In this document: positions 50,819-59,662 of the stretch, piece by piece | How the letters are laid out: every line of letters begins with the position of its first letter | Numbering within the stretch: the stretch's first letter is position 1 | Assembly: GCA_030141605.1 (NCBI GenBank) | Contig: JAQGDQ010001143.1 | Location: 1 to 59,662, forward strand | From: Tubiluchus corallicola | Lineage: Eukaryota; Animalia; Priapulida | Length of the DNA stretch: 59,662 nt | Direction of reading: 5' to 3' | Notes under the pieces: model-generated | What the model saw: only the letters and a program-made list of their open reading frames with translations | The model's database searches: none | Told to the model about the DNA's origin: nothing | Made by a program: the position numbers and the translations under genes

Positions 50819-53800
50819 AATAATAATAATAATAATAACAACAACAACAGCAACAGCAACAACAACAACAACAACAACAACAGCAACAGAAACACCCATT
50901 TGGATCGAGCCATTTAACAGCAGTCATTTTCAGGACAGGAATAAATTAACAGGAACAACAACAACAACAATAACACTAACACTAACAACAGCAGCAACAA
51001 CAACAACAACAACAATAATAATAATAATAATAATAATAATCTTTGTTTAAAGTCGGCTTTTGGTCAACAATTAACATTAGCTCAAAGAGCTATTATCGCC
51101 GACTGTAAATAACAACCTACAACTACATAACAGAGACTATTATTACCTCACTTTTACCCTAAATACCAAAGTTTTCCAATTTTGTACAGCATATTTTCGA
51201 AGATCGGCCAAGCGCAGCATTGAATCTGCACCGACTCTGATGTAAGTATGTCTCATTCCCTATTACAGCATAAGCGTGGCATTAAGTTTTTGCAGATGAA
51301 AGTGATTACGTCATGGAACCTCTATTTGAGATGTGCCTGTCTTGTGATAACCTGAAGTGTTCAAGCGACGGCCGTCCACCCAACTCCATAGTGAAAGTCA
51401 GTATGATTACACCCCCAGAGCTGTACTGGCGTCGTCACGGGCAGACCGAGGTTATAGAGGTAGTAGATCTTTCCTTGCTTTACATTCAGTGTTGCTGTAG
51501 ATTTAAACCTCGTTGATCTTTTTTATACGTAAATTATTAACAAACATTGCTGCTCAACTAGTATAATTATCAATTTTGTTGCTGTTATGGGTTTTTTTTT
51601 ACATTTTCTGTAATCTTAATCCTGGTCATTTTTAGTGAGCTAAGAAGCTGCAAACAGCGAATATGGGGGTGATGGTCAAATGTGTTTTTGCATGTCATAT
51701 ATGAACAATGTTTATTGCTGTGTGGATAAATATGCAGATACTTCTTATAACCATTTACCATTTGTGTGAACGAATCGTCAGGTATCATGCAGGGATGAGA
51801 ATTTTCCGCGGATACGCGGAATTCCGAGTTTTTGGAAGACCAGTAGTGCCATTTTTGTAAATCGCGTAATTCGTTGAGAAAATTTTTACGAAAACCAGTA
51901 CATTATTTCACAAGCTGACCGCTAGTTGGCAGGACGTCACTTTGTTTACATCACGTACATCATTGTAACCACGTGTGTATATCTATGTATAAAAATGTAG
52001 AATCAATTATGCGGAGTTATTTGAGTCAATTGCAGACAGTTTTTATATACTTTTGCATAGGAGCGGCCAGCACTTAGGCATTTTTGAGACAATTAGGTAT
52101 CATGTATCCTTGATAGTTGAGTATTTTAAATTATGCATGAAACAATGTAATTGATATTTTAAGTCCACTTAGAGGCTCTCTATGGTCACAAAATTGCAAT
52201 TTGTTGCTTCGCCCCCTTGAACCCCCATGGGGGCATACGCGGCCCCCAAACCCCCTAGCCTGTTTCAGAGTTTTTTGCAATTTGTCATTCTCATCCCTAA
52301 TCATGTTTTTAACAATGTAATATACTTTGCTTAGTGGTCTACTCACCTGATACAAACATATATTAATAAAATTAGATGATTACAATTTTAATTGAAATCG
52401 AATACATGCATTATAAACTAACATTGTGTGTTGGTTTCATTTTTTTATGCGTAGAAAAAGTGCCATGGCAAAATATGGAGTAAAAACAGTCAGTAATGCT
52501 TAACAAATTCATATCTTTTGACACCTACTAAAATAAGCTGTGCACTTGTAAATTTTCAACATTTTTTGATCTGTACCGTTTTCTATGGACGTACATTTCT
52601 TTTACAGAATAGTAGTAACCCAGTGTTTCTGACGGCTGTTTCGTTCCCTCGAACATCTGGTGTTAGTTTATACTCTAGAATACGCTTGTCCGTGTACGAT
52701 GTGAGAGAGAGAATGACTGGAACGGTAATATCTTTTTGAAATGCTACCTGAATTTTTCAAATTTTTATTTTGCGTTAACTATCAGTGTACATTTAGTGCT
52801 TATTCAACTTGCCTACTTTTTATTTGTACACGGTGTCAAGAAATGATACATTGGCTAGGCTAAAAAGTTGACACAACTAGATATGATTGTTTTTTAATAG
52901 TTTTTTCTAATGATTTTTCTAATGTTTTATTTTTTTTTATTTTTATCACTTATCCTCATGAGGAAATGTGGTTATTCTAGCAATGAATGATAAATTCTGT
53001 CTCAGTGAAAAACTGCTGTGATTATGCCCTTGTTAATTAATGATCATCAGAGCAGATATTAAAAGGTGCATTCGTTATTTCTACACAAGATGCTCGGTCA
53101 ATTGCTTGGCGCCGTGTAGTTTATTTAAAAATCTATTCAAGTCAATTACTAAGTCAGGGGTGTGCAAATTGCGGCCAGCCGAGAGAATTTGTGCGGCCCG
53201 CGAAGAGATTTGTCAACCTAATGAAAGTGCGGCCTGGGCGATTAATTGAGTGTATCCAGCTGAAGTCCGTGCCACGATCCCTAAGATAGCGCGGGTAGTT
53301 TTTTCTACTAGATCGGATGCCATTAACCCTTACAAGACGGTTGTAGCTTAATGTCACTGTACTACACAGACTGTAATATGCATTGTAATGAAATTACCAC
53401 TATCTGTCCTGAAAGTAGAAATATATGGTTTGTAATATAAATTTTAATAACTTCTAAAATAGTTTCTTGAGTGTAGTAGTAATAATGTACGCGGGTCGGA
53501 TGCAAAAAAATCGTTATTAGGCCTTTGTGTATTTGGCTCCTTGATCAAACTGCTTGTGGCCCGCAGGAATTGCGGGAAAGTTTAATGTGGCCCGGCTAGT
53601 CAGATAACTTGCATACCCCTGTACTAAGTGTACATTTGTAATTAGGCAAAATTAATCAGAGTGCATTGTGTATTACAGAAAATTGTTACAAATTCAGGAC
53701 ATTTTGTGTATATTCATAGACTCTTTCTTTATTTACATGAAATGTCTAAAAAGCAATTTAAGGGTGAAGCAATTTGAAATACATTTCACAAAGACAAAAC

Positions 53801-54409
53801 TTCGTAAACTTTCAGTCACTCACTAACACAGTTTTTTTCAACTTTGCTGTCTGTTGTAGGTATTTTCAAGCTCGACTGATTGGATAGTGTTGGTTTCACT
53901 TTTGTTTTAAAATAGGTTCTCTTATCCTGAGTAATGTAATTTTTTAAATACTTATTATATTATATTGTATTGAATATATAATATGTAATACATCAGTTTT
54001 TTTATCAGAAGAATCACACGGACATGTTTAGGATTGTTCAATCATGGCAGAGGCCTGCACTCTACTTAATGCCGTTATAGTTATCTAATGAATTCATGAA
54101 GTTTAAACTCAGCAACTCACTGTGTTTTTAGATGACGTTACTTGGTGAGACAATAATCACTGTATCTGGGCTGGTGAAAGCTGAAGAACACAAACTTCGT
54201 CTTTCTCTGTCGTAAGTACTCTCTGTCCTTCTGCTCTTTCGGGTACGAAACTTGACCGCGTTTATTACAGATTACACAAAGTTGATTGCCGTGAGCTTTA
54301 CACAGTGTTGAAACTTTTTAAAGCTTTTATAATTTCTAAACCTGTTATAAATTTTTATAATTTCGAGTTAAATGAGCTGTATGAACCACCAAACAAAGAC
54401 TCCCATTAC

Positions 54410-54476
<67 letters not shown>

Positions 54477-57011
54477 TGAGAGAGAGAGAGGGAGGGAGAG
54501 GGAGAGAGGGAGCATTTTGTGCTCAGTTTGGTTATCATCACTTGTCCTACATGTAAAATGGCTGCTTATAAACCCTGTTCTTTTTCAAAGTTTTTTATCT
54601 ACGAAATTCCTTACCAAAGAATTGTTTTCCAGTTAGCTACAGCCTCACCCACTTCAAGATTTTGCCGTGTCACTGATGTGCTTTTTGCACTAAACTGTAC
54701 GTTATACACTAAAAACAACATTGTTGTTGGCATCCTTCTGTCTTGGAAGACAATGGAGTGTGCGTCAAGAGAGTCAGTTATTGATCACATTGATGAAGCT
54801 TCAGCGTCGACTGTGGCTGAGCAGTCTGATCCTTGGATGTCTCCAGGGCGCACGCCTGGGCAAGGTGTATGGAGATCCTGAGTTGCCCAGACAATAGGAA
54901 GCCCCCCTCTCTTCCTCCCTGGTGTAGTCCAAAGAAAGCGGAGCGATACGTTTATCACCAGGTTGACCGCAGGAGCTGCCGGAGTCAGTGAGCATGCTGC
55001 ACTGGTCCGCCTTCATGGCTTCACTCCTGATTTGGAAGATTTACTCCTCTACACATGGCCATTGGGTCACTTGACCTCCTCCGCCCTCTAGCCGTTGGCT
55101 GCTTGTGCAGCTCCTCCGCCTAGTGTCGAGATACAGTGTGAGCATCCCGCAAGCCTACAGCACCTGGTATTCCTAGGCGGTCACCCATCTAAGTACTAAC
55201 CAGGCTCTACGTTGCTTAACTTCGGTGATCAGACGAGAACCGGTGTTTTCAACGTGATTTGGCCGTAGTCAACGTAAAAACAACATTATGGTACTAGGAA
55301 AAAATGAATTTAAAAAATGTAATTGTCTATTTTATATATTGGTAAAAAATCTTGGTATTTTAGGTCGTTTGAAGGCATAAGTGTGGGTTTTATCACCGTC
55401 AAAGCATGGCAGTTGGAGGCACCAGAGTGCGCCTCGACCGGTAGATCGATTGACGTCAGACCAGATGACTCGTTAGATGAACAAGTGAGTTAAACTTTAA
55501 TGAAATTGTAGCTGCTGTAAAATTTCTCAGTCGTGATCCAAATTAACATGAGCCTGTACGATAATCAGATCACGTAAATGAACATGTAGGGCTAAAAGTG
55601 CTTTCACCACTTTCATTTCATTTACTAGCGGGAACAACCTGTTTTATAGCTATCTAATCTTTGTTACTGTCTGTTGTTTGCATGACATAGTAACACAATA
55701 AGTTACACATTAGTTACACATTAGAAATTATTAGTTACATATGCATTATCGTAATATATTTGCTCCTGCTACCATCCAGAAATGTTTAATTTTTTCCTGA
55801 ATTCTCATTCGCTTATTATTATTTGCATATCACACTTGTATCTCGGCTTGCCGGACCTCGCTTTTATGGACATCGGGAGAATCAGACAAAATCTGGGCCG
55901 TTAAAAGGTCTCACATGCTATGGATGCAGTCCGTTGTTTCGCGAGCTGACCGCTAGTCGGGGGTGGGGGTGTCACTTTGTTTACATCATTACGTGTGTGC
56001 AACCGTGCGTTGTGTAATGACGTGTGTAGTTTGTATGTCAGAAAAAATATAGAGTCAACTATGCAGAGTTATTTGAGTCAATTGCCAACAGTTTTTATAT
56101 ACTTTTGCGTAGGAGTGGCCAGTACTTAGGCGTTTTTGAGACAATTGATTCTCCATTACTGTGAGTAACACATGACGCCTAGTGTATTAGCTTAGTATCG
56201 GCAAATTCAGACCGATGTCTGCCCGCTTTTGTCCGACAAACCGAGATATGAGTGTATTATCATTGTTATTGTTATTGCTATTGTTATTCTTGTTGTTTTT
56301 ATTATTATTAGTACTAGTAGTATTAGTATTCTTGTTGTTATTATTATTAGTAGTAGTAATAGTAGTATTAGTATTAGTATTAGTATTAGTATTAGTATTA
56401 GTATTAGTATTAGTATTAGTATTAGTATTAGTATTAGTATTAGTATTAGTATTAGTATTAGTATTAGTATTAGTATTAGTATTAGTATTAGTATTAGTAT
56501 TAGTATTAGTATTAGTATTAGTATTAGTATTGTTATTGTTATTGTTATTATTATTTTGAATTAAATTATATTTGCATGATTATTTTTTCAAATGAAAGTG
56601 AGCACATTAAAGTCAAATTAATAATCTCAATCTATTAATCCAGGTTTTGTTGCTTGTTATTGAATAAACTAAACTAAAGTATTTACTGCTTGTATTTCCT
56701 TTGTCATTCTCTACATCTGCTATTGGAATTCATTGAACAATAAAGGATTTTTCCCTTGAATTTCCGAACTTCTCAGCTTAAATCTGATTTATTTCCAGGT
56801 AAAAGAAAGAACAGCGAAGGGAATGGGACAGTCTTCGACGTTGCAGCATTGTCTGACGGAACCTCTTCATACCTCCATTACTACGAAATCGTTTAGGTAT
56901 GAGTCATGAGAATAACTTACGCTGATTTGTATTTAATTTAATTTTGTAAGGTTTTGCTTTTCAACCTATTGAAGTGGGTTCAATCAATCAATCAATCAAT
57001 CAACCAATCAA

Positions 57012-57054
<43 letters not shown>

Positions 57055-59619
57055 GTCAGTCAATCAATCAATCAATCAATTTATTTCACTCCAGCATTAC
57101 ATATACAATACATCAACATACAATATTATTGAAACAAAAAGAAACAGTATAGGTAAAAAACGTTGATGAAGTCAAATTAACCAAATAAAAGAGTTGCTGT
57201 ATGACACCTTGAAAGCTTGGCTTGTTAAGGTGGCACAAATGAGTGAATGAAAGAATGGTTAGGGTTAGTAGACATGATGGAATGGGAAAAATAGTAAGAT
57301 TAGGGATAGGAAGAAGGAAGGGAGGGGAGGATGAGTGAATGAAAGAATGGTTAGGGTTAGTAGACATGATGGAATGGAAAAAATAGTAAGATTAGGGATA
57401 GGAAGAAGGAAGGGAGGAGAGGATGAGTGAATGAAAGAATGGTTAGGGTTAGTAGACATGATGGAATGGAAAAAATAGTAAGATTAGGGATAGGAAGAAG
57501 GAAGGGAGGGGAGGATGAGTGAATGAAAGAATGGTTAGGGTTAGTAGACATGATGGAATGGAAAAAATAGTAAGATTAGGGATAGGAAGAAGGAAGGGAG
57601 GGGAGAATGAGTGAATGAAAGAATGGTTAGGATCAGTAGACATGATGGAATGGAAAAAACTGTAAGATTAGGGATAGGAAGAAGGAAGGGAGGGAAGGAT
57701 GAGTGAATGAAAGAATGGTTAGGGTTAGTAGACATGATGGAATGGAAAAAATAGTAAGATTAGGGATAGGAAGAAGGAAGGGAGGGGAGGATGAGTGAAT
57801 GAAAGAATGGTTAGGGTTAGTAGACATGATGGAATGGAAAAAATAGTAAGATTAGGGATAGGAAGAAGGAAAAGAGGAGAAGATGAGTGAATGAAAGAAT
57901 GGTTAGGGTTAGTAGACATGATGGAATGGAAAAAAATAGTAAGATTAGGGATAGGAAGAAGGAAGGGAGGGGAGGATGAGTGAATGAAAGAATGGTTAGG
58001 GTTAGTAGACATGATGGAATGGAAAAAATGGTAAGATTAGGGATAGGAAGAAGGAAAAGAGGAGAAGAAACAAGTTGAATATTAAAGTCCATAGCTGAAG
58101 TAAGTAAACTACATAGTGATGTTTAAAGAACAAGGAAACACTTCATAAATAGAGCTTGAACCGGCGAATGATGTATGAAACTTGTAAATTTAAACTCCCA
58201 CGATGACCGTTGGGCGCAGCCATTTTAATGGTAAGTCATTTGAAACAAGTTTAGAGATAACATTGTGTAAAGTTTGATCAAATAATCAGAGCATTCGTAC
58301 TGCACAAGTCACTAACTAAATAAAATTTAAAAGTACTGTATCTTGTCAATAAGATTAAAAATACGTTTTCGGTTAGTGAGTGGTGCACCCTGCAGGTGAG
58401 TCAGCGACATTTTGCCAATTCGTGAAAGAATTTTAAATAATTAATAATTTTCTTTTATAGTTACATAAGTCTTTCAAACAGGTAAACAAAATGTTAAGCA
58501 ACATAACTTTGCATGGAAAATTTTTTGGATCACAATTTAACATTTCCATTTCTTCCTCTGATTTACGTTTGCGTAAGTGACGTCACGTAATGGCGCCGTC
58601 GGAACAGTATTGTGGGAGATTTAAAATCAAGACAAACAAAAAATCAATTTATAGCAAACTGTTCACCAGCTAAGCAAAAGTTTTAATTATTTCTGTTGTC
58701 AGTAAGTCAGCAAGATCAATGTGTTTTTTGGTGAACCAGTGGTGCATGCTGGGATGGCGATGCAGTGCTGTTTTACCAGGTGGCGTGAATATTTTGAATC
58801 ATTAAAAATTTTCTTTTCCAATTACATAAGTCTTTCAAACATTCAGGCCCAACGCTAAGTCATATAACTTTCCACAGGAAGTTCTCTGGGATCTACTTCA
58901 AAATTTCCTTTTGTGCCACTTTTACTTAAAGCGCCTTTTCTACTCTGAAAGCGGTGTAAAAGGTTTCACATTTTGCAGCCTGTTATTTAGCTACAGCTAA
59001 GGTATAAAGATAGCCCGTTCAGCGGTGGGTGTAGTAGGCATATTTAGAATTCACGAGAGGACCACGGCGTCCCGCAACGGGTGTTTTCCCGGACCCAACT
59101 CGCGATTTTTTCGAAATTTTGACCAAACAGCCTGCGGAAAAAACATTATAGTGGCGCCTGGTGGGACTCTCGAGAGGAGATATATAGCTCTTTAGAAAGA
59201 GGAAGAACAGGGCTACACGATGATGTGAGCTATATTTTAGGACACGTTCACCGAGAGGAGTACTGATGAGTTAATTAGATGTCCTATTTTTGGCAATTTT
59301 CGCTTGGAAGACTGCTGACGCAAAGCCATTGTTCTGACGTCATCCATTATACTCTGTCTATAATCTTATAGCTTTAATTCAGTAAAAGCTGCTGCTGCTG
59401 GCTTTGCGTTAGGTAAGTAAACAAACACTAGGTAGGATGTTCGCGTATTTTTCATTATACGTGTATTTATAAGCAAAATTTTTTGCGGGGCGTTTGCTAG
59501 TTAGAATATTAATTTATTTGTAATTTTTGCAGGTTTCCATCAGGTTTAGGTGCAGAAGTCAATGTTTATGAACAGATGGCTGAGACGTCTCTGTGCTTTA
59601 TTATTCCTCAAAAAATATT
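41735..59619 (+). CDS. INPP4A: Inositol polyphosphate 4-phosphatase (INPP4A/B-like), N-terminal PH + C2 region; continues beyond the window
   Basis: Phase-consistent GT-AG exons: 41735-41852 MRYNSKEIAALAHQPSHKFDKEGILTIKEKQ; 43775-43839 YVERWCRLRGNLFFSF; 47062-47149; 48316-48522 LAAPTESERDSWMEALHMASY (PH C-helix); 51296-51459 FEMCLSCDNL..PNSIVKV..GQTEVIE; 52608-52724 NSSNPVFLTAVSF..IRLSVYDVRE (C2); 54132-54211; 55364-55484 VGFITVKAW; 56799-56896; 59533-59619 VYEQMAETSLCFIIPQKIL. The catalytic domain is not in the window; the family call rests on the C2 and EQMAE..F.IP motifs. Confidence 0.88.
42020..42805. repeat. 32-bp minisatellite, about 24 copies
   Basis: Unit ggattgtcacgactgtgttcccggttgtgtgt. 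Confidence 0.97.
43017..43515. mobile_element. Interspersed repeat; inverted copy at about 58145-58642
   Basis: E.g. ggcgccattacgtgacgtcacttacgcaaacgtaaatca versus its reverse complement at about 58559-58597. The upstream taaagg(g/t)..cacct.aagtaggtttca motif also occurs at about 5962. Confidence 0.75.
43925..44600 (-). mobile_element. CR1/L2-like LINE 3' end
   Basis: Minus strand: FKRLFK ORF end, T-rich UTR, stem-loop ggggtggctgactc..ccacccc, AATAAA, (TTGAA)n tail. Confidence 0.6.
45411..46684. repeat. 106-107-bp polypyrimidine minisatellite, about 12 copies
   Basis: cagataccatcacatctttctc..ccacattcattacttcata periodicity; followed by hairpin ggggtgctc..gagtacccc and (AATA)n at 46822-46863. 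Confidence 0.95.
47700..48295 (+). mobile_element. 5'-truncated CR1/L2-group LINE
   Basis: ORF end LPPTFQSYF..HDHYTRYS..KYNAIKIWSSIPREMK..FKKASKNYLL*; hairpin ggaggagga..tcctcctcc; AATAAA at 48268. Confidence 0.85.
48510..50050. repeat. 103-bp minisatellite, 15 copies, containing the INPP4 exon-4 donor
   Basis: Unit tgtgatagcagtg|gtacgttttatattg..cttaataaaacc..ttttcttaa; the first unit begins inside the exon. Confidence 0.97.
50651..51168 (-). mobile_element. Headless copy of the Meta-type SINE with compound microsatellite tail and flank shared with 21896-22262
   Basis: 51040-51168 matches 22133-22262; 50651-50788 matches 21896-22030. Confidence 0.8.
51790..52298. mobile_element. hAT-like MITE; internal part repeated at about 55944-56146
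   Basis: TIR cagggatgagaat..attctcatccct, both flanks containing atcatg. Confidence 0.7.
53155..53621. mobile_element. hAT-type MITE, intact insertion
   Basis: TIR caggggtgtgcaa..ttgcatacccctg with perfect 8-bp TSD tactaagt (53147-53154 / 53622-53629). Confidence 0.92.
54413..54510. repeat. (GA)n microsatellite
   Basis: Visible. Confidence 0.95.
54723..55274 (-). mobile_element. 5S rRNA-headed SINE (SINE3), copy 2
   Basis: 5S head 55270-55151, same body as copy 1, (AAC)n tail, 13-bp TSD taaaaacaacatt (54710-54722 / 55275-55287). Confidence 0.92.
56257..56555. repeat. (ATTAGT)n/(ATTGTT)n microsatellite
   Basis: Visible. Confidence 0.95.
57239..58067. repeat. 92-bp polypurine minisatellite, about 9 copies, with TTAGGG motifs
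   Basis: Unit atgagtgaatgaaagaatggttagggttagtagacatgatggaatggaaaaaatagtaagattagggataggaagaaggaagggaggggagg. On the minus strand it is followed by a hairpin, AATAAA and a (TTGA)n tail (56980-57080). Confidence 0.95.
59008..59205. mobile_element. Partial second copy of the 6458-6895 element
   Basis: agatagcccgttcagcg..gagatatatagctcttta shared. Confidence 0.75.
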
Positions 59620-59662
59620 GTAAGAACGTTTACCTTATTATGTGTGGCGTGCAGTATTGTAA

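Noticed and set aside
57239-58067. Interstitial telomere or chromosome fusion site
   Set aside because: TTAGGG occurs only as isolated motifs within a 92-bp unit, not as tandem runs.

Overview
AT-rich, intron-rich animal genomic DNA (invertebrate; a lophotrochozoan is plausible from the 5S and Meta-SINE sequences, but this is not certain). Four gene models were assembled by hand from GT-AG exons. (1) A 5'-half trypsin-like serine protease, probably a pseudogene (+, 5180-8565). (2) A 411-aa single-pass membrane protein of unknown family encoded by one coding exon (+, 11045-12280). (3) A 12-exon kynurenine/alpha-aminoadipate aminotransferase AADAT (-, 37750 down to about 12458) whose last exon appears frameshifted. 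(4) Head-to-head with AADAT, the first 10 coding exons of a PH+C2 inositol polyphosphate 4-phosphatase INPP4 (+, 41735 to beyond the window end). Introns are packed with hAT- and Tigger-type MITEs, RTE and CR1-like LINE ends, a tRNA/Meta SINE, two TSD-flanked copies of a 5S-rRNA-headed SINE, microsatellites and eight unrelated young minisatellites. The most unusual signals are a 15-copy array that multiplies an INPP4 splice donor plus a poly(A) signal, repeat-primed copying of INPP4 intron DNA into AADAT introns, the 5S/RTE composite SINE, and the orphan membrane protein. No prokaryotic-type system is present. All calls are by eye, without database searches.
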